Assembly (NCBI GenBank): GCA_965603825.1
Contig: CBFDEM010000022.1
Location: 1 to 64,000, forward strand
Direction of reading: 5' to 3'
From: Blepharisma stoltei ATCC 30299
Lineage: Eukaryota > Protista > Ciliophora
DNA: 64,000 bases
Translations under genes and position numbers: made by a program
Shown: in pieces, positions 46,693-60,439 of the stretch
Position numbering within the stretch: position 1 is the stretch's first letter
How the letters are laid out: the number at the start of each line of letters is the position of its first letter
Notes under the pieces: generated by a model
Seen by the model: only the letters and a program-made list of their open reading frames with translations
What the model was told of the DNA's origin: nothing
Database searches by the model: none

Positions 46693-48540
46693 ATGGAAGG
46701 CTCTTTGAAGAAGTGGACTAATTACGTCTATGGCTGGAGAAAACGCTTTTTCAGTATCCAAAACGGTGTTTTAAAATACTACAAGAAAAAAGGAGGCAAA
46801 CTTAAAGGAAATATCGTCCTAACCAACTCTCAAATCCAATCCCACACTAACCCAAAGAGATTTATAATAGCATCTGGTGTTACAGAAATCCATCTCAAAG
46901 CAGAAAATCCTATTGAAGCTCAGAAGTGGATGACCGCGCTGAGATCCCAACAAAGTTTTATTAGGTCTATGTCTCTGAGTGATGCCAGACCGACAAGGCT
47001 TCCTGATATAGAAATTCCTGCTCCATCAGGAGGGAAAACAATAGCGATAAAAGTTGGAGAACTTTGAGGAATTCATGCACAAATACAAGAAGCAGTGGAT
47101 ATGATACCGATGGCTGAGAGAACGAGGATACCAGGACTTCAGCGGGTAATTTTTCTGACCCAAGCTATAAAAAAGGTTTCAGCAGAAATTTTGGATGCAA
47201 TTGATATGGAAGAAAGTAAAAGAAATACTGTTATAAATGGATCGAAGTCGGTAGAGATAGCACCGATTCAGGAAAAGTTACAAAGTTTTGCGAATCAAAT
47301 GGATGAGTCAGCATTAGTTGTAGAACAACTAGAAAAAGAAATTGAATTTACTGAAGTAAAAGACCAAATTGCTGAAGAAATTGTAGTAAAAATCGAACAA
47401 GAAGAAAATGTATTGAAAATTCCACACAGAAAGTGCTTGCCTGTGCTTCGGAATCCTAATCAAAAATTCAGTATCTGAAAAGTTATCCAGGATTCTATAG
47501 GAAAAGAATTAAGCAAAATTACAGTTCCTGTTTATTTTAATGAGCCCTTAAGCTTTTTACAGAGATTTTGTCAAGACTTGACATATTCTGATGTAATAGT
47601 CAGAGCTGCTGAAGAGTCTGATCCTTTATTAAGGCTTGCATTGGTAGCTTGTTTTGCAGCAAGTGGCTACGCAGGCAGTGAAAATCGCTTAATGAAGCCT
47701 TTTAACCCTCTATTAGGCGAAACTTTTGAGCTTGAAACCAACGGCTTTAGAGTAATCTCTGAACAAGTAAGCCACCATCCTCCAGTCTCCGCAATCCATT
47801 GTGACCATCCTGTATTTGCATTTTGGGGTAATACTGAAGTAAAAACCAGTTTTAAAGGGACCTATCTGCAAGTAAACCCCACTGGAACATTCCATCTTGT
47901 AATAAAGCCTTACAATGACCATTTTATTTACCACAAAATCAAAACCAACGTCCACAATATCATTATGGGAAAAATTTATATAGAAAACCATGGAGACTTA
48001 GAAATGTCTAATTATACCACAGGTGACCGTGCCACACTTAATTTTGTAAAAAAAAAAAGCTGGTTTGAAAAAACCACCCATGAAGTAACTGGGTCTGTTT
48101 TCGACACTGACGGAAATGCGGTATATTCAATAGAAGGGACTTGAACACAAGGACTAAAAATCAAGCATATAGCTACAGAAAGAGTTATCATTGGGTATGA
48201 AGTCTACCCAAGCCCTCCTGACTATGAACAGAGCTATTTTTTTACAGATTTTGCGTTACAGCTTAATATTCCGCCTGAATATTTCCCTGGGCTGACCCCT
48301 ACAGATGCAAGATTTAGACCTGACCAGCGAGCATTGGAAAATGGAGACTTAAAATTGGGTGCTGAAGAAAAGGTCAGGCTAGAAGAAAAACAAAGAGAAG
48401 CCAGGAGAAAAAGAGAGGAAGAAGGGATTGAGTATAAGCCTGCATGATTTTATAATGAAAATGACGAGTGGATTTATAATGGGGAGTATTGGAATAGAAG
48501 AAAACTCCAACAATTTGAAGGGTTACCAGATATATTTTAA
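46693..48540 (+). CDS. Oxysterol-binding protein-related (PH + ORD), 615 aa, TGA=Trp
   Basis: MEGSLKKWTNY..GWRKRFF (PH), VPVYFNEPLSFLQR, KPFNPLLGETFE, EQVSHHPP, TDARFRPDQRALE. Confidence 0.94.
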
Positions 48541-48561
48541 TTGAATTTTTATAAGGAAACA

Positions 48562-48921
48562 CTAAAAATCTCTTTTTAGTACTTTTGATGGGAATGCATA
48601 CGATTCAGGCTCCATATCAATATTGTTTTTCTCTAAAATTTGTCTGACTTGCTGTGATAAATCCTCCACAACGCCTTCTTGTTTTAAATTTTCAATATGC
48701 ATGTCTTGCATGATGAAATCTTGGTCATTTTCTTCAATGATATTCTGAATTGCTTCCAATAGTTCTGGGGATTCTCCATGCTTAGAAATCATGTTTTCTA
48801 TTAAGCTCTGAGCTTGCCTTTCCAAAAATTTTTCTTCAATTTGGAGCTTAGACAATTCATTGAATACGCTGTTATAGACCTGTTTTAAGGTTTCTTCTTG
48901 ATTTTCTAGCTTTTTTTGCAT
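48562..48921 (-). CDS. Hypothetical coiled-coil protein (119 aa)
   Basis: ATG to TAG ORF, Q/E-rich heptads. Confidence 0.65.
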   Translation of the reverse strand: MQKKLENQEETLKQVYNSVFNELSKLQIEEKFLERQAQSLIENMISKHGESPELLEAIQNIIEENDQDFIMQDMHIENLKQEGVVEDLSQQVRQILEKNNIDMEPESYAFPSKVLKRDF

Positions 48922-48965
48922 TTTATTTATTTTTATTATTTTAATATAGTTTTAATCAATAAGAG

Positions 48966-51900
48966 CTATACAAAGCTTTCTTGAGGAATTATAAATTCCT
49001 TGGTAAGTATTGACTTCTTATTGAACAGGGCTAGCCTTAAGTCTTCATTATAAAGAAACTCTAAAGGAAACTGCACAAGGAATCCTTTAAACAAATGCCT
49101 TTTAGATGAATATTGGCTTAAATCGCTTTTTTCTTGCAGTGTCCGAATTTGAGCAAAAGATTTTATATTGTCGTCAGGGTAGCAGCCAAATATTTCTCTA
49201 TATAAAATTGTATTGGTTTCAGCTGTCATCTGCCAATTAGATGTAAATTCTTCTGACAGCGGGTCTCTTACCAGCCTATCTTCAGTCGCTCCCATGATCT
49301 CTTTGAAGATATTCATCCTCAGCTCATGGGCAAATCTTGACACTCTTCTAGTTTCCCCCGCTAAGACTGTCATAACTTTTTCAGTATCATTAATTACCAT
49401 TGCAATTTCTGAGTCCCTGACTCCTAATTGGCTTCTATCATTAATATTGGCACTTCCCATAATGACTACATCGTCATCTACAATCATCAATTTGCTATGT
49501 ACATATACAATTTCTGTTACTGGGGTATTTCCCAGCATTCCATGGTTTCTCAGACCATAAAACTGTATATATTCTAAAGGATTTTTTATACTGTCTTCTT
49601 TTAACAGCTGCTCATATATAGAATCACTGTTTCTGCTTATTGTTTGGTATTCCCAATATAGCTGCAGTCTTAATACAGAGCTCCCTGCATCTTCTACACC
49701 TCCTTCAAATCCTGGGAGAAGTGGACAGACCACAATTACTTTGAATTTTTCTTTACGTGAAGCTGCTACTTTAATTCTGTCTACAAGAGCTTGAGCTATT
49801 TGGTTTTTTACAGGTGAGCCTGCAGTACTAGAAATAAAGAATTGGTTTTCTATATAAATAAAATGGTCAGCTTGGTTAATCAAGCTTAAATAAGCCATAT
49901 GAATAGAGTGCTCAGGGTCTTCTAAGCCATATGACCATAGCCCTGCACTTCTGACTATTTGGCATTCACAGGTCCCTAAATTGTCTAAATCCACATGGCT
50001 AGGTGTCAGCATTCTTTTGAATTTCCCTGCTTCGCCTTCTCCTTGGATTTCTTTTTGCTGTGTGAATTCATCTTCAAATTCCAATTTTTCTCTTAATTCT
50101 TTGTCTTGTAAAGCTTTTCAGGCTTCTGCTGTTTTTTGTCTAAATGGTGATAATAAAGCTTCATCAATTTCTTTAGGCAAAAGATTTTCTACAAGTTTTT
50201 GAATTAAAGGGTTTTGTGAAGCTTTCGTAAGGACTTCTGCGTTATATATCATATCTTCAGGCTGCAAAGACATTTTCTTATCAAGTGCTTTTACATCGAT
50301 TCTTGAAATCTGGGTCAGAGATGATGTCCTAGGGGCTACCTCTATCCCTGTAAATTCTCTTTTAAGTCATGCTTCTGATGTCACACTTCTTGGGAGCATT
50401 TTTGGTGGCTCCATACTTTTTCTCGCCTGTGGAATCTGCAAAAACTGACTTGTCTTAGTTTCTTTTGTTTCTTCTGCAGGTGTTACCATTAAAAGTGGCT
50501 TTTTTAGTTCTCTTTTTTTTGTAGCCTCCTCATGTTTAATTTCTTCGATTTTCACTTCATCTAGTTTGACTTCTTGGCTCAGTCTTATTGACTCTATGCT
50601 CAAACTTGACATTTCAGGGTCCGCTGCCTCTTCCCTTCTGGCATTTGGCTCTAAAAGCTCTTTATTTTTGGTATAAATTCCTGTAATATCAGTCATCACG
50701 TGATTTCACAAATCAATAAAATGCAAAGCTACGTCACCAGCGACAGTTCCGACCACTTTTAAGGCTACATCATGCCAAGGCATTCTGGGGATTTCTTTTC
50801 GGTCTATGGTATCCCGTTCCCAATTGGCGACGTCTGTGAAATCAGCGACCCTGACGTTAGAATAGTCAATCCCGTTCCAATAATAAGGCTCTATATTGTC
50901 AGTTAATAAATGCTTATGGTTGTCCATTCTGCCGTAACATAGGTCAAGGCCACCTATAAAAGCAATTTCTTGGTCAATACAAATGATTTTTTCATGATGA
51001 GACCATAAGAAAACACCTCCGACTACAGATCGGTGAGGGTGTCTGACAACTTTTATGTTAGGATTTCGCTGGGTTAAGGTTTGTTGGGTATGCAAAGAAT
51101 TTAAGGTCAAAGCCATTGAAAATTCTTTGTAGACGTGGACAAAGACGGAAACCCCACGGTCTGCAAGAGTCCCAAGGACATCTACAAGTTTGGTCTTGGA
51201 GTGGATATTAGAAGGTCTTTTTAAGTAAAGTTCAGGAGAAAGCCACCAATCAGTAATAAAAACTTCACGCTTGGCAAGCTTCAAGTTGTGGTAAACTTCG
51301 TTAAAGTAGCCTTCCCCATCTACATATCAGGCAGCCCTATTGTGGTTCCTTATAGGGAAACTAGAATCGAAGCGTTTTACACCGATATTTCAATCAGAGC
51401 TTTCTAACGCAGCCGTAATAGCTTCTACTCATTCGTCTCTTTTATGGACAGTTCCACATCTAAATATAAAATTCCTTCTTGACGTCAGAATTCTGATCCC
51501 ATCGTCATAGTCCGCATCTTGCTTTCCCCATTTAATCACAAAATTGTCTTTAAACATAAGCGCCTCATGCAAATTTCTGCTGGAATGGTCCGTCAAATAT
51601 GCCAAATTGTCTTTTCTCAATACAACCCACCGCTTTTGAAACCTTTTAAAGTGTTTTGCAAAATTGCAACATTTTCGCTCATTCCCATATCTCCCTCCTG
51701 TGCGTTTCTGTACATAGCCTTCTTTAAGCTTTGTATCGCCATCAAAAGAAAGCTCAGAAACCTCCAAAAAGGCTTTAAAATGAGGGTTAGAGCCATGCTC
51801 CTCAGCTAAAAACTGCAAAAAACCTTCAAGGAAAGAAAGACGGTCATCAAGAGAAAGGTCATATAATTTGGATTTTGAAGGAATTTTGTGTGGGGTGCTA

Positions 51901-52115
51901 GAAATTATATGATGTAATGATTTTTGGAGCTTTATGAAGTCTTTGTACGTCTTTTGGATAGTCCACTCATAGTGGAAAGTATTGTGAAAGGAAATATCGA
52001 ATGTGTAGAGAAATTGTTGACGTCACTTATCACATTCGAGAGGCTTAGCGCAATTTTTGGTTATTACTGGTTTAAATGGCAAAAGCGGAGTGCTTGATCT
52101 GCCTTTGGTTTCCAT
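48966..52115 (-). CDS. PLD1: PX-PH phospholipase D (PLD1/2-type), 1049 aa, TGA=Trp
   Basis: Four track ORFs in one frame. ITDWWLSPELYL, WSHHEKIICID (HKD1), PRMPWHD, YIENQFF, YVHSKLMIVDD..GSANINDRS (HKD2). Confidence 0.94.
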
Positions 52116-52376
52116 TTAGATTTGTCTTAATATCTCGCCAAAATTATGCATAATCTTAATGTCTAAAATAATTAAATTAAAATTATATACAATAAGCATA
52201 ACTTAAATTTGTTTTGAAGCTAATTATTACGATCATACATTAAATTAAAGGAAAAATTTTCTATTTTTTTGATAATTTGCATCAAAAAAATAAAAATTCA
52301 TTAAATCCCTATGCTTTATCAATAATTTTCAATTTTTTGCAAAAAAATCCTTTTCTTCTCTACGAATTTTATAAAA

Positions 52377-53789
52377 ATGGGAATTTCTGCACACACAAAA
52401 ACATTGAAAATTTTAGACGCTCTCTACGCCGTTGTAATTTTAGTCTTATCAGGCATCGCCTACACTAGCATCTGCTTCCCAGAAAACCACATAAACGGTA
52501 TTTTTTACACAGAAGTAATCGATAATTGGAAAATGCTCAGCATTTATGATATAGTCACAGTTAATAGTTCACAGTCTTGTCCGTTTGGATATGACGAAAT
52601 TAACCGTGTAGCTCAGTGGCCTGGCACAAATGAAGGGTGCTATTGTTCTTATAATGGAGATGTTATAGATTCGCCATGCACTTCAAGCCAAACTAAGCAA
52701 GGATGTACAGCAGTATCAAGCACTGCACCTTTTAATATGAGGGTCTGGAGGGGAAGAGTGCTATGTGTATGAAGAGGAGGGACTTCAGCGTACTGGGCGC
52801 CTGTGGCTGGTAATGAGAGCTGCCCTTCGTTAACTGACATATATGATCATGAAGTTGAATTTATAAAATGCGCCACAGGAGAATTTCAGCTTTGCCAAGA
52901 ATCTAGTTTAGGATGTCCTATAAACAAAGTTTTACTACAAAATTCAAGTGATCCTCGACCTGATGGCTACTCAAATTCTTTATATTTTGGTGATGATTTA
53001 GTTCTCTATTATGGAATAGGGGATGAAGATTCTACTGATTTGCCTATTATAGATATAGCAATAACACAAGGAAACCCTTGTTTTGAAAGCGAAAGCGGAG
53101 ACTCTAAGTCTTATTACCCACTTCTCAAAGAAACCCCAGAAGAATGCACCATTACTGACGATAGGTTTGTTACAATTGATTCTTTATCTGAAGAAAGCTA
53201 TTATCAAGACAACGACAACCAAGATATTTTAAGCTTACCTGAGTTTACCTTAGAAGAAAACTCCTTATATTATTTATCATACCGACGGTCCATTCTCTGA
53301 AAAAAGGTCTGCCAAACCCGTTATTTTACCAGAGAAAAACTGCACAGATATGATGACCCTCTACACGAAGTCTATGGTCTCCAGCTCGCGTTACTTATAG
53401 TTGATAGTATTTTTGCCTTTTATTTTATAATAGTAGGCCCATTATTATACTGGTGATGTTATAGGCGGTCTGAAGAAGACTTGACAGAATTTGACAAGCC
53501 TTTGCTTACTCTGACGATTCTGGAAGTTTTTTGTAAAATTTTAGTGATACCGTTTTTGCTATGTGCTTGTGTAGTTTGTGGGTATTATAGAAATTGGTAT
53601 AGAGATTTAGACTATAGAGTATGCAGTGACCCATTGACTGCAGCTGGGCTGAAATTTGTGGATTATGTGCTTACTGATCCTTATAGGCTGAATTGGGCTC
53701 ATTTTGGGGTAACATTATTTATGCTGCTGCTACAAATCATAGTGTGGATTATGCTGTTTGTGAAAAGGACAAAGGATAATTTTGGATAA
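52377..53789 (+). CDS. Cysteine-rich multi-pass membrane protein (470 aa, TGA=Trp)
   Basis: Three track ORFs in one frame. N-terminal TM, Cys-rich ectodomain (WPGTNEGCYC, CPIN), three C-terminal TMs. Confidence 0.8.
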
Positions 53790-53818
53790 TAATAAATCTT
53801 CATAATTATTTTAAATAG

Positions 53819-54940
53819 ATGGGTAAGTGTGTTTCAAAAGACAAAAGTGAAAGCAAAGCTAGCTGTTTTGGGAAGAAAAAAAAGAAAAGAGAGGACGAAA
53901 TCATTTTGACGTCAATTCAGACTGAAGGACCAAGAAACCAAGTTTTTGTGTATCCCAGAACCACTTTGATGAGAAAAAACGTTGAAAATTTAGAAACTCA
54001 AGAAGACCAGTCTTCGCTGCAAAAATCTATTCTGGACCCTTTGATTACTCCACAGCTAAGCGATTCAGAATCGAAACAACAAGAAATTAGAGCCAAAAGG
54101 CATCATCACCATAGATCAATTACAAAAATTTCTCTAGATTTCGATCAAATTTCCCAATTGCAAACTGAGCAAAGTATGCTTCTAAGGATAAGCAAAAGTC
54201 TTCATGAGCTTGCCAGGGCTTATCACAGAGAAGAAAACTATTTTCCAAGCCTAGAACTTCTCCACTTATCAGGGGAAATTTATATGCATCTTGGGATGTA
54301 TGATAAATATAACATAACAGTCTCCGATCTTATATTGGCTACTATAATGGAATTCAGCCCAGCGCTAAATCATCAAATCCCAGTAGTTGTTGACCCAATG
54401 GACGAGAGGACTACTATTATAGTAAATTATTGGAATTTTGCAACACATAAAGAAATGACTGTTTCACAAGAAATTTTGAAGAAATATTCTATTGGAAATA
54501 TCGCGAATTTATTAGAGGCTGCTAAAAAATACGATAATTCGAGGATTGAGTATAAAAACCTGCCTGACTCACTGATAGAAATTGCCCATATGTTTAGGAT
54601 ATGGCTAGGGTCGCCATGTGACGCTTTAAATTTCTATGAAGAAGCTTTAATTTTAGACCCAGAAAATTCCAAAATTCATCTATATTTAGGTTTGACTTAT
54701 AAAGCCTTAGGAAATATAGAAAAAACTATCAATCACTATATAAATGGTATCAACATAAACCCAGACTCCAGCGACTGCTATTTCAACCTAGGGAACATTT
54801 ACTGTGAAGAGCTCCACGACTATGAAGAAGCTGAAAAATGCTACATTGAAGCATTAAATGCTTTAAAACGCACCAAAGACAGCTTGGTCACCGCTGATAA
54901 AATTAATGACATGCTAAAAAAAATACATATTTTAATATAA
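53819..54940 (+). CDS. TPR protein with probable N-terminal myristoylation/palmitoylation
   Basis: MGKCVSK plus polybasic CFGKKKKKR; TPR motifs YEEALILDP..LGLTY..YFNLGNIY. Confidence 0.85.
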   Translation: MGKCVSKDKSESKASCFGKKKKKREDEIILTSIQTEGPRNQVFVYPRTTLMRKNVENLETQEDQSSLQKSILDPLITPQLSDSESKQQEIRAKRHHHHRSITKISLDFDQISQLQTEQSMLLRISKSLHELARAYHREENYFPSLELLHLSGEIYMHLGMYDKYNITVSDLILATIMEFSPALNHQIPVVVDPMDERTTIIVNYWNFATHKEMTVSQEILKKYSIGNIANLLEAAKKYDNSRIEYKNLPDSLIEIAHMFRIWLGSPCDALNFYEEALILDPENSKIHLYLGLTYKALGNIEKTINHYINGININPDSSDCYFNLGNIYCEELHDYEEAEKCYIEALNALKRTKDSLVTADKINDMLKKIHILI

Positions 54941-54955
54941 ATTTGTAACACATAA

Positions 54956-57900
54956 TTAAAGACTTAAAGATAGCGGAATTCCATAGTAAACTGGGGCAGC
55001 TCCTATTAGATAAGGAAGTTTGCAAGCTTTTCTTGCCTTAGATAAGGCATCTCCAAAGGGTTCTAAATTAGAAATTCTTTTAATAAATTCCAATGCAAAA
55101 CGGTCAATATCTCTGTCAGTCACGTCCCATAGGTTTGCTATTATTGCTGGGCAGCCTCCTAATAAATACTGCAAAACTATCCCTTGAGGCTCAAATTGGC
55201 CACATGGTTTAAAAAGCCCACTGGAGCATCCCATAAGTAAACTGGCAGCTTTTACGTTTAGGTCTTTAATTTTGTCACCTTTTATATATTGTTCACCAGA
55301 GCTGTGTCCACAGTAGATTAGCAGGTCTTTATCTTGCAGGGCTGAGGAGAATTCTGACTCAGTCGGAGTTTTATCGATAATGCCTTGTCAGTTTTCGTGG
55401 TCTAAAAAAAATTTTTCAAAGGTTTGTTGGGTATGTTCAAGGTCACTTGAAGGGTTTAAAATATAGAAAGTATTAGAAACCGATAGGAGTTTAGGCTTTA
55501 GGCGGTTTAGAAGGAATGAAAAACAAGGGAGGCGGGTCACTATTTGTGATCGAAGGATTTTTAAAGACTCTCAAGGCAAATGTATTAGATTTCCGTCAAG
55601 GATCAAAATGGTAGGACCACGAGAAATCGGCTTGTTTTGGCAGCATTTTTTGATGCTCCGTAATTTTTTGAAAAATTCTTCTGGGAGCTTTGTGTGGTTT
55701 ATTAATGATAAAGCGTATTTAATCTCTTCTATTGATAAAAACTCTGATATTCCTGCGTTTAATAAGGAATAAATATAAGCTGGCTCCCATTTTTGGCCAC
55801 AATTTTCACAATTTTTGTTAAAAATTAGCTCCTTTGAAGCTTGGTCTACCAATATATGTATATCTTCATCTAGAATTTTGCCTAAAAATAGCGAGGAAAA
55901 TTGTGCTAAAAATTTGTACTGCAAATCGTCAAGCCAATTTTCAAGTTTTTCATTTAATTTTTCTCTTTTTTGCCACCAGCTTGATTTGCTTCTTTTGCTT
56001 GACTGCTGAGATCCAGAAGTCGTGTTTGCACTCAATCTCATAATATTAGCGAATTCTTCAAGGATCTGAAACAGCCCTACTGTATGGCTGCATTCACAAG
56101 CCCCGCCTACCACTACACAAAATGGTTCCCATCCTTTTATATATTTCATGAGATGTATCCCATCATTATAAGTTCCTCTACCATTAGAAAGTGCTATTAC
56201 ATTTCAAGACTCAGGGATCAATGCTAAAGCTCGTTCTAAATCAATTTCATTATTGATAGGAAATGCAGCCCTATTAAGATTTTCTAATTGAGTATTATAA
56301 GAAACACCTATAGATTTTATGATGTGAAAAGCTTTTTTTCAGTTAGAAATCCCCATTTCTTTTGCTAAAATATAATTCCCATGTCTCTGTACAGTAGGGT
56401 TACTGGTATGAGGCAGTAAAACTACCTGTTTTGCGATATTCATAGCTATATCTTTTTCTCCTTTTCTCAGCAATGCATCTGATAGTATAAGCAAACAATT
56501 TGCGAGCTCTTCTGCTAATAATGGTGAAATATAAAAGTTTTTGCAGCATTTTTTTTGAATTGTAAAAGCTTGGATAAAATTTTCACAGCAGCCGAGTTCT
56601 ATTATAGCTCTATTTAAAATTTCAATACAATCTTTTCCAGGCCTTTGTTTTGCTATCAACGCCCCTTGTTTTTTAAACGTCAATGACTTCAGAACTTTAA
56701 AGCTCGTCCCTTGATTCTGTGGCCTCAGCAGTGATCTTGCCAACTTATAATAATTTTGTTCCGCAATTGGAAATTCTATATTTTCATAATATTCTGCCAC
56801 CTGCAAAATATCCCCTAATACAAGTAATCCAAAACACAACACCGACCTATTTATATATTTTGTAAGACATTCTACATCTTGAGGCGACAATGCAAACGAG
56901 TCATATCTCTGCACAGTATCAATAGAATCTGAGTCAGAAAACCCTATTAATGGCTCAAAAAGCAATGGGAATATTTTTTGTATTAATTCCACAGGATGCA
57001 GACTATGGAGTTTTTCCTCTTTAATGTTTTCTTGAGTTATCCGAGAATCGGTCAAAGAAATCCTTTGAAGATTTGTATGTTTTGACCTAAACTGCAGATA
57101 AAGGGATGGGATTCCTAAAGTAAGGCTTAATCGGATCCCCTGAAGTAAATATAGCGTTGAGTTGTGAATTTGTGATTTTACTTGAAAAAGGTCAGAAATA
57201 TGGTCTAAAAGCAAACTTGAGAGATTTTGCATTGACCATGATGAATAAGGGAATACAAGAAATCTGAAGCGGGAAGAAGAGTCATTGGAATCTTTATAGT
57301 AAGTGTTCTCAGATATAGAGCTCATTAAGGATAAATTTTGGATTGAACTGCTGTGGATGTCAGATATTAGCGCTCTTGCGTCTTTACAAAGCTGCAAACT
57401 TTCGTTTTGTTGGTTATTTAAAATCTCGATTTTTGATTTTATATACAAAATATATGATTTTAATATCAATGATCTCTTGGAGTTATGGGAATAAGGGATT
57501 TTTCCTAAAATTTCTTTACAGAGGTTTTCACTATCAAAAAGCTTTCCTTGTAAAAATGAAATTTCGCTTCGGAATGCCAAGATCCATAATTCAGCATAAA
57601 AAATGTCAGTACTTTGTCGGTCGTCGAGGAGTGGGGTGTATAAAGAAAATTCTTGGGAGGATTTTATAGCGAGCTCAGTGAGGCCTTCTTTTCAGAGAGT
57701 AATGGATTTTCGTAAGGATAAGCAGGCAAGCTTAGTTTCGAGCTCAGGGCTTGGAGGTAATTTTGAGATGCAGATTTGGGCTAAGCTTAAAAATTGAATT
57801 TCCAGACGGTGAATTCTTATTAGGCTTAATATTTCAACTCCCATCATTAGTGTCCTTAAATATTCTACGATTTCTGCATCAGAAACCTGGGCTTTCCCAC

Positions 57901-60307
57901 TGGTTTCTCAGTCAATGCCATCATAATTAATTTTATACCCCATATGTCTTGCGATAGACTCTGCTGTTTTTTCAAATTTTGTTATAGCTTCTGCATAATT
58001 TATAAGATTTTTCCTTGAAATTCACTCTTCATTTTCATTAAATTCTTTAGCTTGCTCTAATAAAAGTATAGCATTTCACATATAAGATTGAGGGGTTTTT
58101 ATATTTTCTATTAATTTTATCATTCTTTCTTGCAATGTCCCTGAAATTGAGGAAATACTGGTTAATAGTCATTCATTTGTAAAACCTTTTTCACAAGTCG
58201 AAAGAATTTCTATATATTTTAATAAGGTAGAAGCATATTGAGAAGAGTTTACTGGGTATACTTCAGTTAATAAAATTTTGACAATGTTTTGTATCATTTC
58301 AGAAATATAGCTTGAAAGAGACTCCTGGCTTAATTTTGCAGACTCCAGCAGTCTTTTATGATAATCAGTGATCTCTCTATCTAAAATTTCTCCTTTAAAA
58401 GCTATACAGATATTCAATTTTTCGCCCAAAATATCTTCTCTATTCACTAATTGGCTAGCCTGATGCCCATTTTGTATATAAGTTTCTATATATGATAAAT
58501 GCACCCTAATATACCCATCAATAATTTTCAATAAATTCCCTGATTTTATATCATGAATTCCTCTGATTTCTGCCTGCTTCATAATAAATCCAGTAATTGC
58601 TTTTTTTATATGTGTGTAATAATTATTTGCCTCAATTGCATATTTTACACAGAGCTCAAAAATCGCTATATGAGTGGTGGTTACCTCGCAGTTTGAAATC
58701 TGCATATGTTCTAATAGCATTATGAGAATTTTAAACGCCAGTTCTTTTTCACCAGTATGGATAAGGGCTAATGAGATGTTGTAGGTGCTATTAAGGTACT
58801 TAGGGTCTGGCTTTAAAAGGAGCTGGTTTATATAGGATAACGCGGAATTTGAAAAAATAATGTCTCGGCTTGCCATATAGGTGAGGAAAAAGTGAAGGGC
58901 CATGATATAGTTATAAAGCTCCCAGTCACATTTAGTGTCAATTGATAATTTATTTTCAAATTGAATCAACATTGGGTAGTATTTAAGCAAGTCCAAAAGT
59001 AATTTTACAGTGCCATATGGCAATTGCATCCCTTGCTTTATATTTGATGGAGCATGCAAGTTTCCGGCTATTTTAAGCCAACATTCTAATTGTGCTTGGA
59101 CTTTTGGGGTGATTTCTTTTATTTCTTGGATTTCTGACTGTGTAAGTGTAGTAGGTCCTGACAGTTTTTCATCAAATAGCAAATTTATCCAATAAACTGC
59201 ATTTTCTAAGTCTCTTATCAAGCTAATTTTTCCTAAATAGCTGCATTTAGCGATTTCTAATGAATATTTCACATTATACAGCAGTGTCGGAATATTTTCT
59301 AATTGGTCGATAATTAAATTATTAAGTGAGGATTTAGCTGCATCATATAAATCTTGCTTTTGGTATAAAAAACTCTGAAGTTCTATCATATTTCTTATAT
59401 TTTTGTCCTCAAGCATGCTTAAGTTATGGGTAGTCACCACTTCTAAGCTAGAATCTATTGCATTTATGCAGGATTCATAAAGAACAGATGAGCTTGCAGA
59501 GGAAGCAACTTTATAAGTGCTTTGAATAGAGCTATATGCAAAGGCAAAATAATCAGTCGATATAAATGGTCTTGTTTTTTCTAAATAAATCAAAGCTTGA
59601 AGCCTGATTTCTAACGCCTGCTTATGAAGTTGTATATTTCCGCCTGACAAGTTGTCTAAGCATTTTCCTGTTTTAAATAGAATTTTGAACGAGCTTTGGT
59701 AAATTCTATTAAGATTCTGATGGTCAGCTTGTGTGAGCCCGTTTTTCAGGCTAATTAAAATATTTTTGCATTTTTCTGCTATAATTTCATAAATTTCTTC
59801 CAGCTTATCCACAGATTTCTCAGGCAGCTGCAGCATGCTATGGCACTTTAATATCAAAATATTCACCATCAAGAAATTTGTTTCCTTTTTCTTATAATTT
59901 TCTTCCAGCTCTTTTATGACCCCTTTACTAATTTCTGAACATTTTTCATGTTTTTCATTATCACTCAGTCTCAAAATATAAGCGTATCATAGCTGATAAT
60001 ACTCAGAATTATCATCAAAAATATGAGAATGGATCCTAGAAATCAGCTTTAAGCCCATTTCCATGACTGCCAAAATACAGTCACAATTGTCCTTAGACTG
60101 CTTTTTCTGAAGTTCTGCATTGCATTGCCGAATTAGAGCAAGCAAGCTGACTCCATAATTTTGGGCAAATTTTCGCCCGTTTAGCCTATTTATAGGAAGA
60201 GGAGCATCTATAAGGGGTTTGTAAGTATATTCATAAGAAGAAAGGATCAGGGCTGGGGTTAAAGAGCGATCGTTCAGTTTTTGCAATAGCTCGTCTCTTG
60301 TGCACAT
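54956..60307 (-). CDS. ESPL1: Separase (peptidase C50), 1783 aa, TGA=Trp
   Basis: Five track ORFs in one frame. ILILD..LPW(TGA)ES, YILNPSSDL, IYCGHSSGEQY (catalytic His), LMGCSSG (catalytic Cys), ANLWDVTDRDID. Confidence 0.95.
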
Positions 60308-60439
60308 TTGAAATTAGAAATGGTGAGTTTAGAAATTAATTTGAATTGAAATTTTGAAGGCCTTTATGAAAATAATTAAAATCAGATAGAAAATTGATAG
60401 GAAAGGAAAATAATGAGATAAATTAAAAGATATTCCATT